Source: Convolutriloba macropyga (taxonomy: Eukaryota). From it: DNA of 64,000 bases. The notes under the pieces are model-generated. The model was not told where the DNA came from. It saw only the letters and a program-made list of their open reading frames with translations, and did no database searches. The stretch lies in contig NC_134469.1 of the NCBI RefSeq assembly GCF_964194025.1, positions 9,238,001 through 9,302,000 of the forward strand, given 5' to 3'. Of the stretch, positions 41,525-54,700 are shown piece after piece; within the stretch, counting starts at the first letter, position 1, and each line of letters opens with the position of its first letter. The translations under genes were made by a program, and so were the position numbers.

Positions 41525-44500
41525 GAGAGAAAGAGATAAAAAGTGAACGAGAAAGAGGAGGAAAGGAACCCTAACCGACACAGAGAGAGAAGGAGAGAGG
41601 AATATTTCCCGTGATGGGATTCGACTCTGCAACTTCTAGTTTTCTAGCCTTGTTAATAAATAAATCATATAGAAAAAATGAAAGGCAAAATTAAAAAAAA
41701 TTCAACTTCGCAGTAAAAAAGTTCAAAACCATGTTTTGGCTCGAAAGTTCGGAAAAGTAACCCATCTCCGAGACTTGAAAAGTTTCGTTGGCCGTTTGGT
41801 CGTTTAAGTAATGGTCGTTTCAGTAATGGTCGTTTAACTCAGAAAAGGACAAAAAATATTGACAAATTTTGGAAAAAAATTTCAAATTTTAACAAAATCT
41901 TGATAAAATACAAGATATTAATATCTTAAGATCCATTTCATTGTCTCAAGAGACTATCCAAAATCCCTGTTTCAAGCCTAAAATAGTTTCACAGGCTCAT
42001 AAAGATCCATACAATTGGAACATGAAAATTTTCCAAAAAATTTATTCAAAAAATTACTAAAACTGGAGTCATAAAAAATGTTGATTGCCATCCCATTAAG
42101 TCTAGAAACTATACATTAGCTTATCATCAAAACTTGGAGGAAGTCCTAGGGACTCTGCTGCCGGAAGAAATTCAAAAACATCAAAAAAATTGCAAATATT
42201 TAAAATTGCTTAAAATCGTAATATTAAAATCTTGAATTACATTCCATTACATCTATAAACTATGCAGTAATATATTATCAAACCCTAGAGGAAGTTCCGT
42301 GGCTCTTGAAGCTAGAGAAACCAGAAATTGACAAGAAACTTCATAAAAACTAAAAAATAATTGCAAGTTTTATAAAAAAAATTGCTGAAACTTGTGATAT
42401 TAAAAAGTTGAAAAATAATCCATGACCAACAAAAATTTTCCAGTAACTTATTATCAAACCTTAACGGAGGTTTTCTGACCCTTGAGACTCAAAAAACCTG
42501 AATAATGACTGTCAAAAAATTGAAAAAAATGGCAAAACTTGTTAAAATTCGTGATGTTTAAATCTGGCAGGACATTCCAATTAATCTAGAAATCATACAG
42601 TAACCTTTTTTCAAACCTAGAGCAGGTTCCTTGGCTCGTGAGGCTAAAAAAACATAATAAACAAAAATTTTCAAAAAAACATGAAAAAAGCAGGTTTTAT
42701 CAAAAGACTGCAGTCAGCAGTTAGCCACGGTTTAGTGACCTCTGGGCTCTACATCTATCCCATTTCTGAAGACGAAATTCAAATGGGTCAGACGAAAAAT
42801 CGGCCAAGCGAAAAATTGCATAAAATACAAACAGGATTAATAAATTTGCCACAGATTACTTTTGGGAGCAATTAACAATGATTTCATAAAAAGTGCATGT
42901 TGAGTCATTAATGATTTAAAAAAAAAACAATTCTACTAAAACTCATTGTTAATGAGGATTAAAAATGACATTACGCCACATAACAGCAGCTGAAGAGCTG
43001 CATCAACAAAAGGGAGAGAGAGAGAGAGAGAGTGAGAGAGAGAGAGAAAGAGATAAAACGTGAACGATAAAGAAGAGGAAAGGAACCCTAACCGACACAG
43101 AGAGAGGAGAGACAGGAATATTTCCCGTGATGGGATTCTACTCTGCAACTTCTAGTTTTCTAGCCTTGTTAATAAATAAATCATATAGAAAAAATGAAAG
43201 GCAAAATTAAAAAAAAATTCAACTTCGCAGTAAAAAAGTTCAAAACCATGTTTTGGCTCGAAAGTTCGGAAAAGTAACCCATCTCCGAGACTTGAAAAGT
43301 TTCGTTGGCCGTTTGGTCGTTTAAGTAATGGTCGTTTCAGTAATGGTCGTTTAACTCAGAAAAGGACAAAAAATATTGACAAATTTTGGAAAAAAATTTC
43401 AAATTTTAACAAAATCTTGATAAAATACAAGATATTAATATCTTAAGATCCATTTCATTGTCTCAAGAGACTATCCAAAATCCCTGTTTCAAGCCTAAAA
43501 TAGTTTCACAGGCTCATAAAGATCCATACAATTGGAACATGAAAATTTTCCAAAAAATTTATTCAAAAAATTACTAAAACTGGAGTCATAAAAAATGTTG
43601 ATTGCCATCCCATTAAGTCTAGAAACTATACATTAGCTTATCATCAAAACTTGGAGGAAGTCCTAGGGACTCTGCTGCCGGAAGAAATTCAAAAACATCA
43701 AAAAAATTGCAAATATTTAAAATTGCTTAAAATCGTAATATTAAAATCTTGAATTACATTCCATTACATCTATAAACTATGCAGTAATATATTATCAAAC
43801 CCTAGAGGAAGTTCCGTGGCTCTTGAAGCTACAGAAACCTAAAAATTGACAAGAAACTTCATAAAAGCTAAAAAAACAATTGCAAGTTTTATAAAAAAAA
43901 TTGCTGAAACTTGTGATATTAAAAAGTTGAAAAATAATCCATGACCAACAAAAATTTTCCAGTAACTTATTATCAAACCTTAACGGAGGTTTTCTGACCC
44001 TTGAGACTCAAAAAACCTGAATAATGACTGTCAAAAAATTGAAAAAAATGGCAAAACTTGTTAAAATTCGTGATGTTTAAATCTGGCAGGACATTCCAAT
44101 TAATCTAGAAATCATACAGTAACCTTTTTTCAAACCTAGAGCAGGTTCCTTGGCTCGTGAGGCTAAAAAAACATAATAAACAAAAATTTTCAAAAAAACA
44201 TGAAAAAAGCAGGTTTTATCAAAAGACTGCAGTCAGCAGTTAGCCACGGTTTAGTGACCTCTGGGCTCTACATCTATCCCATTTCTGAAGACGAAATTCA
44301 AATGGGTCAGACGAAAAATCGGCCAAGCGAAAAATTGCATAAAATACAAACAGGATTAATAAATTTGCCACAGATTACTTTTGGGAGCAATTAACAATGA
44401 TTTCATAAAAAGTGCATGTTGAGTCATTAATGATTTAAAAAAAAAACAATTCTACTAAAACTCATTGTTAATGAGGATTAAAAATGACATTACGCCACAT

Positions 44501-45735
44501 AACAGCAGCTGAAGAGCTGCATCAACAAAAGGGAGAGAGAGAGAGTGAGAGAGAGAGAGAAAGAGATAAAACGTGAACGATAAAGAAGAGGAAAGGAACC
44601 CTAACCGACACAGAGAGAGGAGAGACAGGAATATTTCCCGTGATGGGATTCTACTCTGCAACTTCTAGTTTTCTAGCCTTGTTAATAAATAAATCATATA
44701 GAAAAAATGAAAGGCAAAATTAAAAAAAATTCAACTTCGCAGTAAAAAAGTTCAAAACCATGTTTTGGCTCGAAAGTTCGGAAAAGTAACCCATCTCCGA
44801 GACTTGAAAAGTTTCGTTGGCCGTTTGGTCGTTTAAGTAATGGTCGTTTCAGTAATGGTCGTTTAACTCAGAAAAGGACAAAAAATATTGACAAATTTTG
44901 GAAAAAAATTTCAAATTTTAACAAAATCTTGATAACATACAAGATATTAATATCTTAAGATCCATTTCATTGTCTCAAGAGACTATCCAAAATCCCTGTT
45001 TCAAGCCTAAAATAGTTTCACAGGCTCACAAAGATCCATACAATTGGAACATGAAAATTTTCCAAAAATTTTATTCAAAAAATTACTAAAACTGGAGTCA
45101 TAAAAAATGTTGATCGCCATCCCATTAAGTCTAGAAACTATACATTAGCTTATCATCAAAACTTGGAGGAAGTCCTAGGGACTCTGCTGCCGGAAGAAAT
45201 TCAAAAACATCAAAAAAATTGCAAATATTTAAAATTGCTTAAAGTCGTAATATTAAAATCTTGAATTACATTCCATTACATCTATAAACTATGCAGTAAT
45301 ATATTATCAAACCCTAGAGGAAGTTCCGTGGCTCTTGAAGCTAGAGAAACCTAACAATTGACAAGAAACTTCATAAAAACTAAAAAATAATTGCAAGTTT
45401 TATAAAAAAAATTACTAAAACTTGATATTAAAAAGTTGAAAAATAATCAATGACCAAAAAAAATTTTCCAGTAACTTATTATCAAACCTTAACGGAGGTT
45501 TTCTGACCCTTGAGACTCAAAAAACCTGAATAATGACTGTCAAAAAATTGAAAAAAATGGCAAAACTTGTTAAAATTCGTGATTTTTAGATCTGGCAGGA
45601 CAATCCAATTAATCTAGAAATTATACAGTAACTTTTTTTCAAACCTAGAGCAGGTTCCTTGGCTGGTGAGGCTAAAAAAATATAATAAACGACAAAAATT
45701 TCCAAAAAAACATGAAAAAAGCAGGTTTTATTAAA
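38771..45735. repeat. Tandem array of ~1.52-kb units (starts 38771, 40293, 41829, 43346, 44858), a higher-order repeat of ~130-bp monomers plus (AG)n
   Basis: Each unit starts GTCGTTTAACTCAGAAAAGGAC; unit lengths 1522, 1536, 1517 and 1512, the fifth partial. Internal monomers carry CAGTAAC-TATTATCAAACC-TAGAGG. (AG)n length varies between units. Confidence 0.95.
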
Positions 45736-47810
45736 AAAAAAACTGATACAATTTTTGACATTAAAAAGTCGAAAAACTAATCCATGGCCAATAAAAACTG
45801 CCAGTAAGTTATTATCAAACCCTAATGGAGGTTTTTTGACCCTTGAGGCTCAAAAAACCTGAATAATGACTGTCAAAACTTGAAAAAATGGCAAAAATTG
45901 TTTAAATTTGTGATGTTAAAATCTGGCAGGACATTCCATTTAATCTAGAAATTACACAGTAACCTATTTTCAAACCTAGAGGAGGTTCCTTGGCTCGTGA
46001 GGCTGAAAAAATCTAAAAACGACAAAAATTTTCAAAAAAACTTGAAAAAAGCAGGTTTTATCAAAAAACTGATACAATTTATGACATTAAAAAGTCAAAC
46101 TAATCCATGGCCAAAAAAAAATTGTCAGTAAGTTATTATCGAACCCCCTAGGATGTTTCAAAGGGGCTGACGGGGGTTATCAAACCCCTTAGTTTAGGGA
46201 CTGACGGGGGGAGGGGTGAGGCAATAGTGGGGGGGGGGCTCAACAGTGGGGTTGTCTTCAACCTCTAAGAACCGCCCTTCACACCATAGGTATAAATATA
46301 AGTCTCCAAAACAGTTTGAGCTGAAAGGCTCTAAGAGCACTTAATGCCCGCTGGGCGCTACCTGTTTATCCCGTTTTTGTGGACGAAAAGTCAAAAGCGT
46401 CAGACGTAAAATCGGTCAAGCAAAAAATCGCATTAAAAAAGACCGACAGGACTACTATAAATGCTACAAATTTCGTTTGCGAGCAATTAAAAACATTTGT
46501 GGATGGCCAATTGTATAAATGAACTAGCCTAAAAAATTATGCAGAGAACTTCAAAAATGGATATAAGCAGTCATTTATTGGCTTACTTTGATCAATTTTA
46601 GCCGACTAAAGTGCGGCATATGCAATCTCTGCCGACTAAGAAACATAACAGACGAAGTTTTGGCTAGGGAGCGGAGCGGATCTAAACCTCCATGAAAAAA
46701 TTGCAAATATTTTAAATTGCTTAAATTCGTAATATTAAAATCTTTAATTACATTCCATTACATCTACAAACTATGCAGTAACATATTATCAAACCCTAGA
46801 GGAAGTTCCGTGGCTCTTGAAGCTAGATAAACCTAAAAATTGACAAGAAACTTCATAAAAACTAAAGAATAATTGCAAGTTTTATAAAAAAAAATTGCTA
46901 AACTTGTGATATTAAAAGGTTGGAAAATAATTCATGAACAACAAAATTTTCCAGTAACTTATTATCAAACCCTAGCGGAGGTTTTCGGACCCTTGAGACT
47001 CAAAAAACCTGAATAATTACTGCCAAAAAATTGAAAAAAAGCAAAACTTGTTAAAATTCGTGATGTTTAAATCTGACAGGACATTCCATTTAATCTAGAA
47101 ATTACACAGCAACCTATTTTCAAACCTAAAGGAGGTTCCTTGGCTCGTGAGGCTGAAAAAATCTAAAAACGACAAAAATTTTCAAAAAAACTTAAAAAAG
47201 GTTTTATCAAAAAACTGATACAATTTATGACATTAAAAAGTCGAAAAACTAATCGATGGCCAAAAAAATTTGTCAGTAAGTTATTACCAAACCCCTATGA
47301 TGTTTCCAAGGGGCTGACGGGGTAATCAAACCCCTTAGTTTAGGGACTGACGGGGGGGAGGGGTGGGGCAATTTTGGGGGGGGGGGGGTGTTCAACAGTG
47401 GGGTTGTCTTCAACCTCTAAGAACCGCCCTTCACACCATAAGTATAAATATAAGTCTCCAAAACAGTTTGAGCTGAAACAGAGCTGAAAGGCTCTAAGAG
47501 CACTTAATCAAAAGCGTCAGACGTAAAATCGGTCAAGCAAAAAATCGCATTAAAAAAGACCGACAGGACTAATATAATTGCTACAAAATTCGTTTGCGAG
47601 CAATTAAAAACATTTGTGGATGGCCAATTGTATAAATGAACCAGCCTAAAAAATATGCAGAGAACTTCAAAAATGGATATAAGCAGTCATTTATTGGCTT
47701 ACTTTGATCAATTTTAGCCGACTAAATTGTGGCATATGCAATCTGCGCCGACTAAGAAACATAAAAGACGAAGTTTTGGCTAGGGAGCGGAGCGGATCTA
47801 AACCTCCAAA
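45735..47810. repeat. Continuation of ~130-bp monomers plus a duplicated G-rich/terminal cassette (~46160-46690 and ~47310-47810)
   Basis: Both copies carry TCAACCTCTAAGAACCGCCCTTCACACCATA ... TTCGTTTGCGAGCAATT, also found at 51981-52224. Confidence 0.85.
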
Positions 47811-48713
47811 AAACTGACCCTTACCATAATTTTATGTCTTCTCAGCAGCTTCGTTTATTTGTAGATACTAGCAAAACTTCCCAATAACTTATTGCCATCC
47901 GGGCTTCACCTGTTTAATACCGTTTTTGACGACAAACATTCAAATCCTCAGAAGAAAAGTCAGCGGTACCAACAATCGCATTAAGAGACAAACTACCAGG
48001 ATTCATTAGAATTTCTGCAAACTTTACAAACCTAATATTAAAACCAATCGAAAAGTACCAATATCCTTGACAAAAATGCTCAAAACAAATTGTTTAACGA
48101 AAACACTTTGAAATATCCCCATCGAACGATCAGAAATGGGACATTACACAATTCTTAACCGAATTCTAAAGAGAACAGCTCCGATCCGCTGTCGCTGTAG
48201 CGGTTATTGACAAGAAATGCGTAAATTACAGAACTCGCTTAATTTTTAAAACTGTATGTAGACCAAGTAATCAAAAGGGTAATACGCCTTCCCTTTAAAG
48301 CGAGTTGTAAGAATATCTGTTTTCGGACTATTTAATGGGTAGCAAGAAACAAAGCAAATGGATTTGATAAAACAATCACTGAAATAGATTTCAAACTAAT
48401 GTAAAAAGGACAGAAAAACTGACTACCCTGACTTTCTACAACTTTGGAAATAGGCTAAAACGATGAAAATAAATTTCAGCTTTGTTAAAGGTAAATTTTA
48501 CTTTGATTCAAAGGGTAAAACAACGCGAACATAATTTACAAATCAGAGATTAAAATATACTAATAAATTCATTAATGATTGCAACATTGATCAAGTTACA
48601 TCAAGGTACATCTAAGGAAAAATCTGCAAACTTATAAAAATTCAATTTTCAACTCAGAATCGGCTTTTCAAGGAATCACTCATTTCATTTCACGAACTCC
48701 TCTTCATTTCAGT

Positions 48714-51700
48714 TCACGAAATAGCCATTGCTTGAACAACGGTACTTACTCCGTTTTGATATTGATGATGATTATATCCATTTTTATATTCAACAGTGTC
48801 ACATTTCAGGGATGTCATTGGCAGCACATTAGCTTTCGGATTGTTTTTGGAATTAACTCCGGGTAGACTAGTTTTACGTTTCGTAGATTTGGAGCCGAAG
48901 AAGTAGATTATATAGCCTGAAAAATAAACATTTTTTTCAAGATCAAATTATTCATTTTGTGGTTCATTATATCACCTAATATAATTAATTTTGAGTATCA
49001 AACCTTTTTACTTTACGGCATGCATTTGAGTACTTTTTTAAACCCTTCTCGATATTTGAATTATTACTTCACCGGTATGACTGAAAAAAAAATTTCATTC
49101 GGGCAATTTTTGCAATTAAAAACATAGCTGGCAGATTGCCAGAAAATAGCCGCAATAGATTCGTAGATCGGCAGTCTAAAAAAAACAGTAAAAAAGACAG
49201 ACCAAAAAAATTCGTCTTTTCATTGAAGGCTGATCTGTTATATTTTGATTAAAATATAAGTTGTATAAGTTATTGCTGCCTCTATTAGCTGATCTCAAAT
49301 AACCTTAATTTAGAGTGATACACACCCATTTGACCTTATCTCTTTGAATTAAAGTAAATAAAAGTCAATTTCAAAGTGAGGAAGTCATTTTTGAGAGTGA
49401 GGTAAGTCAAGTGTGACCAAAAATTTAATCACGCGCATGAACAAAAAAACTCGCTCCACTAAGAGCGAAAAATGACGTCACACATGCAATTCAGTTGAAA
49501 TTGCATGAATGAATGAACAAAAAATGGCTGTGACGTCATATGGTCGTAACAAAAATCATGACGACGAAATAAAAAAAACATAGCAGGACAAGTCCTGACG
49601 CACAATTCAAAGAATTTTCATTGACTAACCAGAAAACTAGACCTTGAACGGACAATGAATGGATTGGGAAAACCATTTAGAAAAAAATCCGATCCACAAA
49701 ATCGAAAAAACAGTAAAAATCAAAGTGAAATTGCCGCATGTGAACAAAAAACCACTAGCGAGAAAGTGAATTTTTGTTCAAACACCGTTTTCTCACTCTG
49801 CTTTAAATTTAGAGCGAAAAAATTTCACGCCGCAAAACCACTCGCTTTTTCGCTCCACTTCCTGTTTCGGCGTGACCAAAATCACTACTCCAATTTGACT
49901 TCAAAAATCATGAAAATGTGTGAACAGATCTTAAAAAAAAAGACAGCGCCCCAATACAATTCAAATTCTTTGAATTGTAAAAAACCAAGAGAAGGCCAAT
50001 AATAGCCTCAGCTATCGCTGTGCGGCTATTAAAAATACTTAAAAGAATAGAGCTGATCGGTTTATTTCTTAACTTTATGTGCAATCTCACCTGCAATGTC
50101 GTACATGAATATCCACCCCACAATGTACATGCCAGTGCCTCCCACTTTGATGAGGAGGGTAGGGCGGGGGTGTAGCCAGGTGGTGATTAATAAGTAGGTA
50201 CCCAGAATGATGCGGAAGGTGAAGAATACCAACACGAACACGATGTTGTTCACTTCGTACATTTTCGTGTCTCTCAGACCCATCTCTTTCAGGAACCATC
50301 TTCAAAAAAAATCCGTTGTCTTACTTTGCCATTCCTTTATAAAGGTGAATCAAGAGCAGCCTTTACTAAGAAAGGGAAACAATTTTTTAGAGTTGCAATT
50401 TTTTTTTCAAAGCAAGGTCAAGATCAACTTTTGGCAGAATTTTTGAAGAAATTTTTGAGAAAAAGTTACCCAATGTAACAATCATCTTGGCAACTATCTA
50501 TCCCGTTGCCCCTCTCCTCTGGTCTCATTACTTAATTGTTTTTCACGTACGAAAATTTTATATGCACTTAAAATCGGAAAATATATTCTTCAAGTTAAGG
50601 ATAACTGAAAAGCGTCAACAAGCAATACATTTCCCAGAAAGCTCTGTTAGGTTTAAAAATAGGTCTGGTCTGTTCACGCAATACTTGTAGCTCTTTTTGA
50701 AATTAGACCCAGTTATTGCAACGATTATTGTAAAAGGAGACCATTTTTTGTCCGATGCCTATAAAGAAAGCAGAGACCCCCTTGATACCCATTATCCCAT
50801 TACCCACAAAAAATTACTCATTATTGGGAAAAATTACCCATTACCCACAAATTTGTCAAAACTGCTCCAGCATAGTGGATGTAACTATTGTCATTTCATC
50901 ACTCTTAAAATGCAAACAGTGTATACTACAAAATATCCTAATCTGTTATGGATTGGTAACATGGAAGCACTAACCGTATTTGAAGGAATGGATTACTGGC
51001 TTCGGCACCGAATACTGTGCCCATAAGCTCTGTTCCACTATGCTCAGTGTAGAGCACGTAGAAGAGAGCAGTGATGCTAAGGAGGTGATGGATCAACATG
51101 ACTCTGGACTCCTTCGTGGGTTGAAGGAGACACCAGACGAAGTCAAACAGGAAGTAGCCAAGACAAACGGACACTATAAACTCCTCTAACATGGTGTTGG
51201 GACCACCTGAAATTATGCAAGTCTATCAACTGTCGGCCCAGTAAAACATCTAATCTTCTTACCAAACTAAACGTTTAAATCGCTAGTTTACATTAAACAC
51301 TACCTGTTTTCAAGGCGCATTTTTATGACAATTCTACTGTTACCGTGAACGAATTTTAACATGAATCGGCGTGTTGTCATCAGATTTCAGCACAGGAATC
51401 TTAAGTTCCAGAAAAACAATAAGCCAACTACTTATAAAGTAAATCCATTTAGAAGACGGCCAGTTTCCAACAAGATAGGGCAATTTGCCCCCTTATCGCA
51501 ACCGCAAGCTTGAAAAACTGCAAAAATTTTATTGCAGTTTTTTTGTGTTTAAGTTGGAATTGCCGATGTATTATATGACTTTTGCTGTTTTTGATAAATG
51601 GGTCTTAAGATGACGTTGATCACATTTCAGAAGTTTTGTGATATGTCGAGAAATTCTTTCTAAATATAAAATAAAACAAATTTCTCGCCTTCACAAAACC

Positions 51701-54700
51701 TCTATGACCTGTGACCACCGTCAATTTAAGACCGTCAATTTGATAGGCGAGGGAATGGCTTCGGCTGTAACTATCTGAAGCCTATCAAAGTGATTCACAA
51801 ACATAACCGACTAACGTCGGGCGAATTGCTCTCAAACGACCGGCGAGCGGTTGGCTTCGTCAGTAGCTAGCCACGGGGGGGGGGGGGGGTGCACTGGGGG
51901 CTGATGGGGGCAACACTGGGTTGGGGAGGGGGGGCAACAGCGCGGTGGGGATGGGGGTCAACGGGGGGGGGGGGGGTTTCTCAACCTCTCAGAACCGCCC
52001 TTCACACCATAAGTATAAGTATAAGTCTCCAAAACAGTTTGAGCTGAAACAGAGCTGAAAGGCTCTAAGAGCACTTAATGCCCGCTGGGCGCTACCTGTT
52101 TATCCCGTTTTTGAGGACGAAAAGTCAAAAGCGTCAGACGAAAAATCGGTCAAGCGAAAAATCGCATAAAAAAAAAGACCAACAGGACTAATATAATTGC
52201 TACAAACTTCGTTTGAGAGCAATTAATAAGTAAAGGCGGGGTAATTTAGTGTGAGAGTTGTCCTTATAAATATGAAGTTATGCTTTCCAGCAACAATGTA
52301 CACTCAGAGCCACTTAGACTAAATGATAGCTCTTTAGCAGCAAAAAAAAACACAAGAGAACAATATTTAATTCAACATTTGATCGAGAGCAATAAAAGAA
52401 GAGAAAGAAAACATAAACCGATTAACATCGGACAAATTGCTCTTGAACAACAGGAGAGACAATTTAATTCAAGGGCTGTAGTCAAGATAATTTTTTCTTC
52501 ATGGGTGCAAACATCCTATCAGGGAGGGAATTGAATCCCCGACCTCCCTCGGCTATCAGGCCCTTGGGATTTCCTCGGCTAAAACCACTTATAATTCAGC
52601 AACAAACTTTACTTTGGAGTGAGAGCAACTGAGATCACTAAAAAATGAAGCGGAGAAAGGTAACAAGAGTCACTTGAGAGGGCAAAGAATCTAGAACAAA
52701 AGCGCAAAAATGGTCGGGCAAAATTTTTCATAAAAGCACACGTTTACATAAATTGCTTCAAACGTCGTTCCAGAGCAATTAAAAAGGAATAAAAGACAAC
52801 AGTAAGAAAATAGAAAAAAAAATAGACAAAGGCAGAGAGACAAAAGAAAATGAGCGAGAGGGAAGACAAAAATAGGAAAGTCGAAGAAGAAGACGAAGAC
52901 CAATAGTATATATAGAAAAAGAGATAGCAAAAAGCAAATTAGAGAACAATAAGGAAGAGAGAAAAAGCAACAGAAAAAAGAAGAGCAAAAATAGGGACGA
53001 AAAAGCTGGAGAAAAAAGATCAAAAATATTACAAAAGACAATGCCTTAATAGAATCTGTTAATTGTAAAACCAACTAATCGCCAAATAGTAACACTCAAC
53101 TACCACTTTTATAACTATTAATCGAAAAAAAATAGTGACAGTCAGAAAATACAGAGCGCGGAAACTAATGAGAAAAGTTGAAAAAAGAAAGGCAGGTGCA
53201 TTGTTAACCAGAAAAATTTCCAAACCATGCACCTCATGTTTCTTAGCCCTACTCAATGCACTTTTGCTTCTCAACCCGTAGACCCAGGACTTTTCAGCTG
53301 TTTTTGCTGAACACATCTTTAAGGGTTGTTAAAACATGCAAAGATAGGCGCTTAAACATGGTGCTCAATGACTGTAGACGTTGAATTAAAATATAGAAGA
53401 TATGAGTTGACAGAAAAATCATACAATTTTATCAGTCCTCAATTCTAGAAAACTCTAAGATTAAATAAGTAAATTATCCAGTTAGATGTTTGTCAGCTTT
53501 AGGCAACCAGCAGTGAGTTGAAAACCCCGTGAAATATGTTCAATTTGAACATAAATCTTCATATTGCAATTAGTCGTTTCAAGCAATGGAGGCATGATCA
53601 AGTGTTTCTTACGAAAAAAGTAGACCTAAATAGTTTACCATGTAAAAATGCGATTTGAGCGTTTACTATTGTAAACGAGTATATTGTCATTTCTATGAAA
53701 AATCAGATGAAGTTTTTCCGAAAGATTCGATGATGTAAAACTAAAAAGAAACGGAATATCGAGAACGTTTTTATATCCTCTTCAGAAACAGACACTTACT
53801 AGAAAACTTAATTTTGGGTACCTTTAAATTTCCGTATTAGTTTTCATACACTGAACATCAAAACTAAGTTAGCGCTGTTTTTCATATCACTGCCCCTTTC
53901 CAACAGCGATCTTGGCAGCGTGTTAAATTGACAAAATGCATTTTAATTTGCCATGAACATTTTGGAGAAACGACATATGATGAATTCACGAAAACTTTCT
54001 CCGAAAGAAGATCCGATGGTGCTCCTCATATTGACGACGTGATAAGTTAGCGTATGTCACAATCACACGTGGTCAAGATCGCTACAGTCGGCGAGAAATG
54101 TAAAAAAAAAACTGTTCCGAAAACCTTTCACAAATTGGTTCAACTTCTTGTCGAATTTCGAATCATAGCTTAGTAAAATTTTAGGTTGCTAACGTTTTTT
54201 TTTCCATGTTTTTGCCGTCAGGCGCCATAAGGATCAAACGAAGCCAAGCAAATGAAAAATTGTATCTGACATTGAAGGCCCTTTAAGTAATTGAACCATT
54301 AATGCCTCTTCTCGCATTATGAATAGAAGCTGTTATCTATGAACTGCCAAAATTTTCCCCACATACGTTTCTAAAATGTCAGTTCTAAGCTAGATTTAGT
54401 AAGGCTTAAACACAGGATCAGTTCAGTTATAGTCCCTTAAGTTAAATTTGAAGCTGCTACTAAGTCTGCTCATCAGATTCCGCAGTATTAAAACAGTGTG
54501 CTTAAAATGTTGAACGCAAAACGGCAAACATGACAGGACCGTTTAGTTAGCAGGACTTTACTAAATGGTCCTGTCCTGTTTAGTTAGGAGTTTACTAAAC
54601 GGCCCTGTCCTGTTTAGTTAGGAGTTTACTAAACGGTCCTGTCCTGTTTAGTTAGGACTTCACTAAACGGTCCTGTCCTGTTTCGTTAGCAGGTTAGTTA

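Noticed and set aside
39576-44661. Repeated MKAGFIKKLQ... and SLSLSL ORFs
   Set aside because: Translations of repeat termini and (AG)n microsatellite; frames shift between copies.
49381-49901. Separate MITE bounded by GAAGTCA...TGACTTC
   Set aside because: Weak inverted match that crosses the boundary of the better-supported nested element at 49576-49980.
52691-53074. 127-aa Phe/Leu-rich membrane-like ORF
   Set aside because: Low-complexity antisense of an A/G-rich intronic tract.
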